Shown here: piece after piece, positions 22,851-35,749 of the stretch
Layout: the number at the start of each line of letters is the position of its first letter
How positions within the stretch are numbered: position 1 is the stretch's first letter
DNA from: Scyliorhinus canicula
Taxonomy: Eukaryota
Direction of reading: 5' to 3'
DNA: 64,000 bases
Assembly: GCF_902713615.1 (NCBI RefSeq)
Contig: NC_052160.1
Span: forward strand, 137,744,737-137,808,736
Notes under the pieces: model-generated
What the model saw: only the letters and a program-made list of their open reading frames with translations
What the model was told of the DNA's origin: nothing
Databases searched by the model: none
Program-made: the position numbers and the translations under genes

Positions 22851-24194
22851 TTTCTTGTTAGGTGAATTGGAAAATTCCGAATTCTCCCTCTGTGTACCCG
22901 AACAGGCACCAGAATGTGGTGACTAGGGGATTTTCACAGTAACTTGATTGCAGTGTTAATGTAAGCCGACTTGTGACAATAAGGATTAATTTATTAATAA
23001 ATTAATCAATATTAAAGATGCGTGCCAGTGGTGTGGGAACCTTGTCAGCAATGGGGTGGGGGTGAGGGGCCTTGCCAGTGGCCCTGGGTGGGGGGAGGTG
23101 GGGGTCTTGCCAGCGATTCGTGAGGGAGCTGCATCAATATTGTGAAATGGGGGGGGGGGGGCCGAATACCTGTCAGAGAGATTAGGCCCCACCCCTCTCA
23201 AGCCCAAAGTATGGGAGGCACGTTGGCACAGTGGTGGCTCAGCTCCAGGGATCTGGGTCCATTTCCGGCCTCAGGAGACAGACTGTGCGGAGTTTGCACG
23301 TTGTTCCCGATGGGCTGAATGGCTTCCTCCTGCACTGTAATTTCTATGGTACTATGTAAAGCCCAATCCTGTGAATAAAACATTCTAAATCCCATTCAAT
23401 GGTTTTCCCGCTGGAAAGATTCTGGAGTTTTCAAACAGGAGAATTATGGCCCATATTTCTGAATTTCTATTCCTTCAATCAGCCGAAATCTGAGCAAACT
23501 TTAGAAGAAGCAGCTTCTATATTAACATATCTTTTTGAGCTAGTTTTTTATGTTTTTCCTCATAACCTACAACTAATACAGTACATCCCCTCGCCCCCCC
23601 CCCCCCCCTGCCACCTCACCCCCGCTATCCCAGATTGCAGCATTTGTCTTCCCCATCTGCCCCTCTGGAGTCATTTTCTGCCAACTGTCCCCCCCCCCCC
23701 CTCCCCCCCTCCCGCCCACACTCCTGGATTACATCAGGTTTCTTCCTTCATATCCCCCCCTCCCCTTCTCCTCCTGCCTCCCTCTCCTCCACCCCCCCTC
23801 TTTGACTCTCCATCCCCCATTATCCGCCAATCTTTCCACCTTTTTTCCCTACTCATTCCCTCCCTGCCTTCTCTGTTGCTCCGTCTCTTCCCACCACCCT
23901 CCCAGCCCTGAGCACGCAGGTCGCAGGGAAGGCCGGAACTAGAAATGACCCAGGTGTCCAGCTCTACTGCACGTAGTGTACTGGACGTCAATGGGTCGGG
24001 GACAGGGGGGACGGGGGACGGGGGGGGGGGGGGGGGGGACCATCAGAGATGCAGAGACGAGATTGGGTAGATGGGGGTGGGGGAACAACCAGGCCACCGA
24101 GACTCACTCCTATTGTCCTGAGTCCTCATAATTTCTTCCCAGGTCGACAATTAATAGATTACTAAAATGGATTAAGTGCTGATGGGATATAATA

Positions 24195-24495
24195 ATAATA
24201 ATCTTTATTATTGTCACAAGTAGGCTTATGCTAACACTGCAATGAAGTTACAGTGAAAATTCCCCTAGTCGCCAAATTCCGGCGCCTGGTCGGGTACATG
24301 GAGGGAGAATTCAGAATGTCCAAATTCCCTAACAGCCCCTCTTTCGGGACTTGTGGGAGGAAAGCGGAGCACCCGGAGCACGCAGACACGGGGAGAACGT
24401 GCAGACTCTGCACAGACAGTGACCCAAGCCGGGAATCGAACCTGGGACCCTGGCGTCATGAAGCCACTGTGCTAACCACTGTGCTACCGTGCTGC
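24195..24495 (-). mobile_element. tRNA-derived SINE with (ATT)n tail
   Basis: tRNA-like head and V-type core; fragments of the same family at 22860-22985 and 49090-49270. Confidence 0.75.
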
Positions 24496-25152
24496 TGACT
24501 TCCCACTTATTAATTAATAATAATAGTAACGCCTGATGTCTTTCATCACATCTGATATCAAAGTTGGCAAAATACTGCTGACGCCATGAAAAACCCTTCC
24601 CAAATTAGAACACGATGGCATTGAATCATAGAATTTACAGCGCAGAAGGAACATCTGACCATTTTCTTTAGTATAAAAGCAGTTCAGCAGCTAATCTCAG
24701 ACCCAATGGTTCTGGCGATGAAAACTGAAACTCCATTTGACCTACAAGTAACAAACTCACATTGTTTGTATATTTTTAGTGTTTATCCAAAGCGATGCTC
24801 AGTTTGTGTCCAACAGGCCTGGAGTTGGGGGTCCCTTCATCGACTTTGAAAATTCACCCGAACGTTCTGAGCAATTTCACTGCAGCTACAGAAATAGAAA
24901 TGGTTCACTAAACGTAGACCCACACACCTCTGAAATATTAAATTAAAGGTTTAGAACGAGCAGGAATTGAACGCAGGAGCCTTCAATGATCGCAGTGCAT
25001 TTTACACTACAATCCAGTCCGTACATTAAAAACAGAAAATATTTCTGACATTTTCAACATTTGGCTGGTTTATTATATTTTCAGCAATGAAAAGATGCTC
25101 AGTTTTTCAGCATTTTGAACTTTTATTGATTGTGTTTCTCATTTATCAACAG

Positions 25153-25479
25153 GTACATGGGAGCCAATTGTATCAGAGATCAGTGGCGTTGTGGGAAATG
25201 TCGCCACTGTACCATGTCTGTACACGGAGGAGGAGAAATTCTATAAGAAATTCCTGTGTAAAGTAACCTCTATAAATAAATGCACCATTATTGCCAGCTC
25301 AGATGGGGCTGTAACCAATCTGCAAAATGGGAGTGTTTCAATCACTATTAATAATTCTCATAATTTTGCTGTTACCCTGGGCAACATTAATAAAGCCGAT
25401 GAAGGAGAGTACTGGTGTGGAGCAGTGACAGTAAAGAACATAAAGATCATCCAGGTAAAACATCTGACAACTGTTGAAG
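25153..25479 (+). CDS. Gene B exon: Ig V-set domain D2
   Basis: Canonical AG/GT, 327 bp phase 1-1, 12 aa differences from gene A D2. Confidence 0.92.
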
Positions 25480-26472
25480 GTAAGGTTCAATATAAAATTA
25501 TTATCATTCAATCAGTGATGAATAAAACTCACAAAACAATAACAATTGGTCAATGCTGAGTTCTTTATTTACACATTGCGGCCACCCTACTTCATCTCAA
25601 CCTTTCAGCCCATCCTTCTCTTACTTTCCCCCTCGCTAAGTTTAGCTCAATTTCCCCCGAAGGGCATCTATGAAATTTGTCACAATTACACCTTGTGGTA
25701 CAGGTAGAACGTCTCAGATCCGCTGACCAAAAAAACAACAGTGTCCGTCCGCAAACCAGACATTTTTAGGATGCTCAAGGCACCAATTTTAACTGATTGA
25801 AATTTTTAAAAACGCACTGGACAACTCGGCTAGGAGCCACGTTGGCACGATGTGGCTCCAGACTAGATACCGGCTTCACCATCCACTCTATCCGCCGCTC
25901 CATATGATCCTTACACCAGCTGACCCGGCCTCACATGAACCTCCCGTGGCCTGGACTGCGCATCCTGCACCCCAGCAAGATCTGAAAGCCATGACTGGAT
26001 TGGAGGTACTGTCCCTAGTTCCACATTTAACAAGTTCCAGCTTCTATCAGCTCTCTGGGTAAAGAGTCCAAAACTTTCACTAATACTAATAGAAAATGTT
26101 GATATTAAAAATATATTGAAAGTTTGTGCAATACCTCACAGATTATTGTCCTTCCAACACTATAAGCTCATTGTGAAGGCCCCTCAGAATCTACCTTTTC
26201 CTCAGCTTTCGTGTCAGTCAAGGACAAAGACGTCCTCTCAAAAATCATTGTTCATTCATCCTGTGTTTGACTAACTGGCTTAAGAAAACGTAATCAGCAA
26301 GTGTTCAGGAAAAATGTAACATTTTCCCACCCTTCTGGCCACCCACTCCCACCATTTCGCTGCTCACAATACCCAGGTTCACTTTCCATAAATACAGTAC
26401 GTTGAAGATAATAATTGTGGTGGTTGGCAGTTATTCATCAAATTATTCATTCATGTTTATTTCTGACAATAG

Positions 26473-26503
26473 GAAGACCAAATGGTTCCAACGATACCTC
26501 AAG
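26473..26503 (+). CDS. Gene B stalk exon
   Basis: Identical to 8880-8910 with the same splice sites. Confidence 0.8.
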
Positions 26504-27427
26504 GTAAGATTTTAATTTGCAACTTCTAAATATCAGTTTTGTGCCACCCTCATTGAAGCCACGGTTGTTAGATAATCCTGCTTTCCTCACAGGTCATGAT
26601 GAGCAACGTGATGTTATTAAATTACTATAATCCACGCAACCGCCATCTTGGTGCCATATATTTCCTCATAATTCTGCCATTGATTGTCTTCCCATTTAAT
26701 ACACACATATCGAAGCCAGGGGGCGACGTTTTTCAGACCTTGGCAGTAATCATTCGGTGCGATAATATGAGAGAGTGACATTAACACTTTCTGCTGATTC
26801 CTTCCCTTACGGAACATCCGACACCCCAGCCCAGCGTTTATTCATTCACGGGATGTTGATGCTGCTGACAAACCCTCATTCATTGCCCATCCCTAGTTGC
26901 CCTTGATAAAATGTTGGTAAGCCACCACCTTGAACCCCTGCTGTCTATGTGATTTCGATACACCCACCGGTGTTGTACGGTGCAGAGGGTTTTGACGCAG
27001 AAAAGGTGAAGGAATCATGATCCACTTACAGGTCAAGTTAGTGTGGTAGTTAAGAAGGTGAAGTTGAGGTGGTGCTGCTTTACCTGTTGGCCTTGTCTTT
27101 CCAACTGGTGATGGTCACAGGTTTGGAAGGTGTTACTGAAGAAACCTTAGAACACTGCTGTAATGCATCCTCAACAGAGAGATGCAGTCTCACCAGAACA
27201 CAGCTCGTCTCTGCGCAATTCCTGTTAGAGATATTTTCCCTGTGTGTACAAAGCCCAAAACTCCGAGGCGTGACTACACTTTGAAAATCACCCCATAGCT
27301 CGGACAAACTGTCACTCCGTTCATTATAATTTTGCAGAATTGTTTTGACATTATTGATGGTCATGTTGCATAAACTGTGAGTTAATTTATTTTGTACTGT
27401 ATTAATTATAATTCCTTGTTTAATCAG

Positions 27428-27534
27428 AGAGGTTCTGCTGAAGATATGGACTATATTCCGTTGGCTGCTCTTTGCGGCTATGGCTGTTTGCTCCGCTTCA
27501 GTCACATGCTACGCACATTTTGCAAAAGGGCCAG
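27428..27534 (+). CDS. Gene B transmembrane exon
   Basis: REVLLKIWTIFRWLLFAAMAVCSASVTCYAHFAKGP, 107 bp phase 2-1. Confidence 0.88.
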
Positions 27535-27911
27535 GTATAAAATATGAAATCTATTTGCTCTAATATTTACAGATATTTTACTTCAGCCTAAAAGCTCAGG
27601 CACTTTGAAAGTTGCCAAGAAAAGCAACGCATAATCCACAAGAAAATAAGTTCTCCCTGTGAAATTTTAACAAGGGAGCCATTCGAGTGTGATAACAATG
27701 ACCTTTGGGGTGAATTTTAAACTCGTTAACAGAAAGGATAAAAATGTTAGTTCATCAGGAGATTTCATTTTTACGCGGGAGCGCAAGGTGGGGAAAATTT
27801 AAGTCGGCAGTCAAGGCAAAGCACTGTTTAATTAAATTATTTATTTATAATGCATGCCTGTGTACAAAGGCGGCCTTGAACATGGGTAAAGGAGGATCAA
27901 CAGTGCCCCTG

Positions 27912-28111
27912 AGGGCAGCACGGTGGTGCATTGAGTCCCAGGTTCGATCCCGGCTCTGGGTCACTGTCTGTGTGGAGTTTGCACATTCTCCCCGTGTTTG
28001 CGTGGGTTTCGCCCCCACAACCCAAAGATGTGCAGGGTAGGTGAATTGGGCACACTAAATTGCCCCTTAATTGGAAAAAATGAATTGGGTACTCTAAATT
28101 TATTTTTTAAA
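27912..28111 (+). mobile_element. Short V-SINE specific to gene B intron 5
   Basis: 13-bp TSD AACAGTGCCCCTG; empty site at about 10300 in gene A. Confidence 0.9.
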
Positions 28112-28411
28112 AACAGTGCCCCTGGACCAGGCACAGCATTGCATTGTATAATCTGGAACCCATGATGTGCCCCAGAGCTGTGGGCACCAGATGTAAAATA
28201 GAGAGCTTCCCCGAACCCAGGAAATTGGAGCAAGATCGCAGTGCGAGGTTATGGCAAACAAACCTCAGCACTTACATCAGAATATCTCCATCCACACTCT
28301 CACCTATTTTATCACCAGTATCGCTTGAAGTATTTGACTTACAGAAAAAAGTGAATCCATCCGTTTTCCTCATTCCGATTGTTTAAATTCATTTGTTATA
28401 CAGTTCTGCAG

Positions 28412-28590
28412 GCCAGCAAATGATCGTTTCTGTGGAAACATCAGCCAGAGAACATCAATGGGATCAGAGCTACACTCGAAGACCGGCCAGAAGGTTGACT
28501 AATACCTACACGAATGACCAGAATATTTTCACCTTGCTTTTAGAAGTTACTTTCCCATATTGCAGTGTTTTATACTTTATGACAATCTGA
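28412..28590 (+). CDS. Gene B cytoplasmic tail exon (extended relative to A)
   Basis: ttctgcag|GC; ...NTYTNDQNIFTLLLEVTFPYCSVLYFMTI*; GAA where gene A has TAA. Confidence 0.7.
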
Positions 28591-28636
28591 AAAGCTTTGT
28601 AAAGTCTTCACAAATTGTGCGAGCTGCTTTGATTAT

Positions 28637-28642
28637 AATAAA
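28637..28642 (+). terminator. Polyadenylation signal, gene B
   Basis: AATAAA homologous to 10831. Confidence 0.6.
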
Positions 28643-29599
28643 AACAACTAGATGATAAACTTTGTTGATTTTTTTTGACATTAAGGAGCAGTGGATGCCG
28701 GAACACTAAAGAAATTTGAGGAGGAGATAACCAGGTTTTTAATTAGTGGTGGGATGAAGTATTATGGGAATGGGCAGGATGGTGGGAGATCAGGCCTGGA
28801 CGAGATCAGCCAAGATTGTTAGGGAGGCGATGGTACAGTAGTGTTGTCATTAGACCAGTAATCCAGAGGTGCGGGATCCTAGTTCAAATCCCACCTTGGC
28901 AGATGGTGAAATTTCAATTCAATAAAAAAATCTGGAATGAAAAGTAGAATGATGACCATGAAACCATTGCCGATTGTCGTAAAAACCCATCTAGTTCACT
29001 AAGGTCTTTCAGGAAAGGGAATCAGCCGTCCTTACCGGTCTGGCCGAAATGTGACTCCAGATACACACAACAATCCTTCGCCCCTCAGTTCAAGGGCAAT
29101 TAGGGATGGGTAACAAATGCTGGCCCAGCCCAGCGACGCCCACATCCAAAGAGTGAATTTTAAAAAGTATTGAATGGCGGAGCAGGGCCGAGGGGTTGAA
29201 ATGCTGACTCCTGCTCCTGGTTCCTATGGTCTTACGTTTGTGTCCTTATGAGTAAAATGCGATTTCAGAAATTTTTATCTGAACCCAGAATTCATATTTA
29301 ATGATATTACTAGGGAATTACTAAACCCAAGGTCACTCTGAGTTGGAAGGTTGTGAATGAGTTTTGTTGTCCAGCAGCTACAATAGCTGATCCTCTCGCT
29401 TCGGAATCTCTTTGTCCAGCCACATGACTTTTAAAGTTCTGCAAGAGGGAATTATTTTGTGCTCACCCAACAGGATTACTTCTCTTAATCCCTCATTCAT
29501 GTGGCCAATTGTGAGTGTTCACACCCACCAGTCAAATGCTAGCTGTTTAATTCTTTCTAATTCAAGGAAGGTTAAGTGGGCTTTTTGCAAGAATTCCTA

Positions 29600-29935
29600 A
29601 ATCCCATAGATACATAGATGATAGGAGCAGGAGGAGGCCTTTTCGCCCTGCGAGCCTGCTCCGCCATTCATCACAATCATGGCTGATCATCCAACTCAAT
29701 AGCCTAATCCTGCTTTCTCCCCATGGCCTTTGATCCCATTCTCCCCAAGTGCTTATCCAGCCACCTCTTGAATATATTCAATGTTTCAGCATCAACTACT
29801 TCCTGTGGTAATGAATTCCACAGGCTCACCACTCTTTGGGTGAAGAAGTGTCTCCTCATCTCTGTCCGAAATGGTTTACCCAGAATCCTCAGGCTATGAC
29901 GCCTGTTTCTGGACACACCCATCATTGGTAACATC
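29600..29935 (-). mobile_element. CR1 LINE 3' end
   Basis: LRILGKPFRTEMRRHFFTQRVVSLWNSLPQEVV; CATAG-type tail. Confidence 0.8.
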
Positions 29936-30109
29936 TGAGGGTGGGGGGGTGGGGTGTGTGCAGAGTGCGCCCCCCCCCGCAACAGCCTCCTGCCTTCCTG
30001 AGTACGAGGGGCTGAGGCCATGACTGCAGAACAAGTTAATGGAACCCTTCCCGCCACCTCCGTCAGCTTCCCACACAACTCCTGGGAGACATCAGGGGGT
30101 TTATAACGC

Positions 30110-30382
30110 TGTGGTAGTATGAGTAGAGGTACTACGGTACCTAGCAATGCCGAGACACCATTAGTGCAGACGGCTCGCTGCTCATTGGCCCGATGGTATG
30201 TAACACTAGTCACCCATTGGTTAGAGCTATAACGTAGCTCCGTCCTGTAAGGCGGGGTATAAGAGCCCGTGTATTCCCCACAGCTTCCTTTCTGTACCTG
30301 AGCTGCTGGGGAAACACCTTGTCTATTAAAGCCTTCAGTTCGGACTACAACTTCGCTTCTGTGGTCAATTGATAGTGCATCA
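30110..30382 (+). mobile_element. 5' LTR (273 bp) of a Gypsy element
   Basis: TGTGG...CATCA termini, TATAAGA at about 30258, ATTAAA at 30325. Confidence 0.8.
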
Positions 30383-33300
30383 ATTTAATAGACAAGATTT
30401 TAACGGATGGAGGTCCGCATCAAGCCGGAGTGTCGACAACTCAGCCCCCACGCGACTAATGCAGCAGCAACCTTTAAGCACTGGTTAGCATGTTTTAACG
30501 GCTACCTCGGCATGGCAGAAAGCACACCTACGAGGGAGCAGAAACTGCAGATCTTGCACTCGAGAGTGGGCCTGGACATCTATAGGCTCATCAAGGACGC
30601 TACTGACCGGGCGTTAATTTATTGCTTCTCTTTTGTATTTACGGCAGTGGGGGGGGGGGGGGGGGGAGTTCTGGTTTTTTTTGTTCTTAGAATTTTCGGT
30701 TATTGTTTTCAATTTTGTGAAAATGTGCAAATTTGAATAAAAATTAATTTTTTTAAAAAGGACGCAACTGACTACGATTCCGCAATGGAACTACACAAAG
30801 GACATTATATCCACCCAGTAAACCAAGCCTACGCCCGGCACCTGCAGGCAACGAGGCGGCAGAGCCTTGGTGAGTCACTAGACAAGTTCTATCGTGCGTT
30901 CCTCGTGCTACGGAGAAACTGCAGCTGCCCACAGGTTTGGGCTAACGAACATACTGAACTATTGATCCGGGACATTTTGTTGCGGGTATGCAGTCCCTAC
31001 AAATCCACCAGAGACTGCTCGTGAAAGAAACTCTGGGCCTCAAGGAGGCACAGGCCTCGCCGACTCGCTGGGTGTGACCTCCCGAAACGCCCGTGCCTAC
31101 GCCCCCGACCGCGCGCCGGCCCCCTGTGCAGTGTGGAATTCCCCCTCAGTGGACTCTGAATCGCCTGAGGCCTGCGCTGCGAGACGCCCCAGCAACCCCG
31201 CTGGGCCCCGTTGTTGTTTCTGCGGGCAAGCGAAACACCCCCGACAGCGCTGCCCAGCCCGTTCGGCAACGTGTAAGGGGTGCGGCAAAAAGGGCCATTT
31301 CATGGCGGTCTGCCCGGCCCGGGCGGTCGCTGCGGTCCCGGGCGGCGAGTGCGGATCGCGGCTCCAACCCTCTCCACGGGTACCATGCCGCCCATGAATA
31401 TCGCCATCTTCCTCCCTCAGCGCCACGTGGGACCTCCGGGCGCCGCCATCTTGCTCCGCCGACGCCACGTGCGGGGGGATGGGTGCCGCCATTTTGTCCC
31501 TCCTCAGCCATGTGTGACCAATAGGCGCCGCCATCTTGGACCGGCTCCAAGGACCTCAGAGCGGGTGACCACACACCGCCCGATGATGACTCTGAACTCC
31601 TGCCACAGCTGGCACCGGTGACCCTGGACCAGTCTCGACCCTGCACTCTTTCCACAGCAACGACAATGGTATTGATCAACGGGCACGAGACGTCCTGTCT
31701 GCTCGACTCTGGGAGCACGGAGAGCTTTATACATCCTGAGACAGTAAGGCGCTGTTCTCTTCCTGTCCACCCCGTCAATCAAAAAATCTCTCCGGCCTCT
31801 GGCTCCCATTCAGTTGAAATAAAAGGGTATTGTGTAGCGAACCTCACGGTCCAGGGAAGCGAGTTCAAGAATTACAGGCTCTACGTCCTCCCCTACCTCT
31901 CGTGGCCATACTCCTAGGGTTGGATTTTCAGTGTAATCTTCAGAGTCTAACGTTTAAATTCGGCGGCCCTACACCCCCTCTCACTGTCTGCAGCCTCGCG
32001 ACCCTCAAGGTCGACCCCCCCCTCCCTATTAGCAAACCTCACCCCGGATTGCCACCCCGTCACTCCAGCAGTAGACGGTACAGTGCCCAGGACCTGACGT
32101 TCATCAGGACCGAGGTCCAGCGGCTTCTGAGGGAAGGGGTCATCGAAGCCAGCAACAGCCCCTGGAGAGCTCAAGTTGTGGTGGTAAAGACCGGGGACAA
32201 GAACAGGATGGTCATCGATTACAGCCAGACCATCAACAGGTTTACGCAACTGAATGCGTACCCCCTACCCCGTATATCCGACCTGGTCAACAGGATCGCG
32301 CAGTACAAGGTCTTCTCCACGGTAGACCTAAAGTCCGCCTACCACCAGCTCCCCATCCGCGCGAGTGATCGCAGGTATACTGCGTTCGAGGCGGATGGGC
32401 GATTCTACCACTTCTTAAGGGTTCCCTTCGGTGTCACAAACGGGGTCTCAGTCTTTCAGCGAGAGATGGACCGAATGGTCGACCAATACGGTTTATGGGC
32501 AACATTCCCGTATCTCAATAATGTCACCATCTTCGGCCACGACCAGCAGGACCACGACACCAACCTCCGCAAATTCCTCCAGACTGCAAAACTCCTGAAC
32601 CTAACGTATAACAAGGATAAATACGTGTTTGGCACCGACCGTCTAGCCATCCTCGGCTACGTAGTGCGAAATGGAGTGATAGGCCCCGACCCGGAACGCA
32701 TGCGCCCCCTTATGGAGTTCCCCCTCCCTCACTGCTCCAAGGCCCTGAAGCGCTGCCTCGGGTTCTTCTCTTACTACGCCCAGTGGGTCCCCAACTACGC
32801 CGACAAAGCCCGTCCTCTTATCCAAACAACTACTTTCCCCCTGTCGACGGAAGCCCGCCAGGCCTTCAGCCGCATCAAAGCGGATATCGCAAAGGCCACG
32901 ATGCGTGCCATCGACGAGTCCCTCCCCTTCCAAGTCGAGAGCGACGCATCTGACGTGGCTCTGGCGGCCACCCTCAACCAAGCGGGCAGACCCGTGGCCT
33001 TCTTCTCGCGTACCCTCCATGCTTCCAAAATCCGCCACTCCTTGGTCGAGAAGGAAGCACAGGCCATAGTAGATGCTGTGCGACATTGGAGGCATTACCT
33101 GGCTGGCAGAAGGTTTACCCTCCTCACGCACCAACGGTCGGTAGCTTTCATGTTCGACAATGCACAGCCGGGCAAGATAAAGAACGATACGGTGGACGAT
33201 CGAATTATCCACCTATAACTACGAGATCCTGTATTGTCCCTGGAAGCTAAACGAGCCTGCTGATGCCCTGTCCCATGGCACATGTGACAAGGCACAAGTG

Positions 33301-34415
33301 GACCGCCTCCGAGCCCTTCACGAGGACCTCTGCCACCCCGGGGTCACTCGTTTCTTCCATTTCGTAAAGACCCGCAACCTGCCCTACTCCATCGAGGAGG
33401 TCAGAACAGTCACTAGGAACTTCCACATCTGCACGGAGTGCAAGCTGCACTTCTACCGTCCAGAGAAAGCGCATCTGATAAAGGCTTCCCGTCCCTTTGA
33501 AAGCCTCAGCAAGGACTTCAAAGGTCCCCTCCCCTCTACCAACCGCAACACGTACTTCCTCAACGTGATTGACGAGTACTCCTGCTTCCCATTCGCCATC
33601 CCCTGCCCCGACATGACCACAACCACAATCATCAAAGCAGTCCACAGCATTTTTTCCCTGTTCGGACTCCCCGCCTACATACACAGTGATAGGGGGTCCT
33701 CCTTTATGAGTGACGAACTGCGTCAATTCCTGCTTAGCAAGGGAATTGCCTCGAGCAGGACGACCAATTACAATCCCCGGGGTAACGGACAGGTTGAGAG
33801 GGAGAACGGAGCAGTCGGGAAGACCATCCTACTGGCCCTATGGTCCAGGAATCTCCCAGTCCCCCGCTGGCAGGAGCTCCTCCCAGACGCCCTCCACTCC
33901 ATCCGGTCTCTGCTCTGCACTGCAACTAACCAAACACCTTACGAACGTCTCCTTGTCTTCCCTAGGAAGTCCTCCTCAGGGACCTCGCTCCCGACCTGGT
34001 TGGCAGCCCCCGGGCCCATCCTGCTCCGGAAACACGCGCGGGCACACAAGTCGGACCCGTTTTTCGAAAGGGTCCTCTACTCCATGCTAACCCCCAGTAC
34101 GTGTACGTGGAGTACCCCGACGGCCGACAAGACACGGTCTCCCTATGGGACCTGGCGCCCGCTGGATCCCCTCCCTCGCCCTCGACGCCAGCCCCACCTT
34201 CCCCCCCACCGGCGCACCTCACTGTCGCCCCCTGCCTTGGACAACCGGTTTTCCCACTGGCCCTGCCTGGAACCCCCCCCCCCCCCCCCCCCGCCCACGA
34301 CTGCACTCTACAGACGCTCCCTTCCCTGGTCAGTCAACCTCCCCACCAGTGCCATCTAGAGGTCTGGATGCCGCTATGGGGACTGGATCCACGCTCCCGG
34401 AGTCACAAACGCCTG
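30383..34415 (+). mobile_element. Gypsy internal region (gag-PR-RT-RH-IN), decayed and 3'-truncated
   Basis: Two CCHC knuckles (CCFCGQAKH...C, CKGCGKKGH...C), LLDSGS protease, RT (DLKSAY, PFGV, YLNN), RNase H ESDASD, integrase DFKGP...IHSDRG...GQVER; no 3' LTR seen. Confidence 0.92.
30608..30757 (+). mobile_element. Heavily 5'-truncated L1 3'-UTR insertion in gag
   Basis: 15-bp TSD AAGGACGC(T/A)ACTGAC at 30593-30607 and 30758-30772; AATAAA and an A/T tail. Confidence 0.75.
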
Positions 34416-35061
34416 CACCTACTTTACACTGGTTTAGGTACAACAGTTATACAATTTTCCAAAATTCAGTACCCACCCCAGTTGGACTATATCCAATCCC
34501 TGTATCTGTCAATTTTATCTTCACCAATGAAGTTTATTTTAGGCAGCATGGTGACTGCGTGATCAGCTCATGATTTAGCCCCATCCTGTTCCCTGGCCTC
34601 TGTCATTTTCATATCCGTGCTCCTTTGCTCCCCCCTGTCCCATGTCGCTTATCTCAATCAGTCCCTGCCCAGCTGATTCTTCGTTCTGGGTGCAGGGTGT
34701 TGAAGCTGGTTCCTCTTTGTGCCATGGCCTGTCTGAGCGCAGGATGTTGGGCCACTGATAAGAAGTATTCACTGAGCTGACTGTGTTACTGCTGGCCACA
34801 CTATTCCTGTCTAATTCTGCCTATCTTGAGAACTCGGTCACGTTAGCTTAAATCCCATCATACATCCCGCCCACTACTTATCAGCCAGAGTTTAAATGCC
34901 TGTCGCTGCTATGTTCTACAGGTTTAATGGTTAATAATGATTACTGGGGATACTTTCAATGATTAATCTCAATTCTTAACAAGTTAACTTATGTAGAATT
35001 ATTCTAGTGTTATCCTAGCAATCCGGTTTTAAGGGGTCATACCTCAGGACACCCCCCTTCA

Positions 35062-35640
35062 CTGCTGCTGCTGCTGGTGGAGCTGCTGGTGCTGCTGGTG
35101 GAGCAGCTGGTTCTGCTGCTGCTGCTGCTGGTTCTGCTGCTGCTGCTGCTGGTGGAGCTGCTGGTGCTGCTGGTGGAGCTGCTGTTTCTGCTGCTGGTGG
35201 AGCTGCTGCTTCTGCTGCTGCTGCTGCTGGTGGAGCTGCTGGTTCTGCTGCTGCTGCTGCTGGTGGAGCTGCTGGTTCTGCTGCTGCTGCTGGTGGAGCT
35301 GCTGGTTCTGCTGCTGCTGCTGGTGGAGCTGCTGTTTCTGCTGCTGGTGTTGGCAGAGCTGCTGCTTGTGTTCTGGTGCTGCTGCTGGAGCTGCTGGTGG
35401 AGCTGCTGGAGCTGCTGGTGGAGCTGCTGTTTCTGCTGCTGGTGTTGGCAGAGCTGCTGCTTGTGTTCTGGTGCTGCTGCTGGTGCTCCTGCTGGTGCTG
35501 CTGGTGGAGCTGCTGTTTCTGCTGCTGCTGTTGGCAGAGCTGCTGCTTCTGTTCTGGTTCTGCTGCTGGAGCTGCTGGTGGAGCTGGTGGAGCTGCTGGT
35601 TCTGCTGCTGGAGCTGCTGGTGCTGGCAGTGCTGCTGTTT
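35062..35640. repeat. Degenerate CTG/CAG trinucleotide array with higher-order units
   Basis: CTG/GTG/GAG/GTT mosaic; the block GGTGTTGGCAGAGCTGCTGCTTGTGTTCTGG recurs. Confidence 0.92.
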
Positions 35641-35749
35641 GTGTTTTCAAATGGATTTTGTCAGTTCAGGTAAAATGACAGAGAATAGCACAAGGACTGC
35701 AAGATACCCAACCCTCATTGAGCAGGGATGAAACCTAAATATCCAATGA

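Noticed and set aside
7719-28590. True pIgR, Ig or TCR gene
   Set aside because: Only two V domains, no C domains or J segments, and a charged TM; a family-level call is supportable but orthology is not, so no gene symbol is given.
35015-35731. Poly-Leu, antifreeze-like or mucin-like ORFs
   Set aside because: Each ORF drifts through the repeat's three frames, which is typical of a non-coding trinucleotide array.
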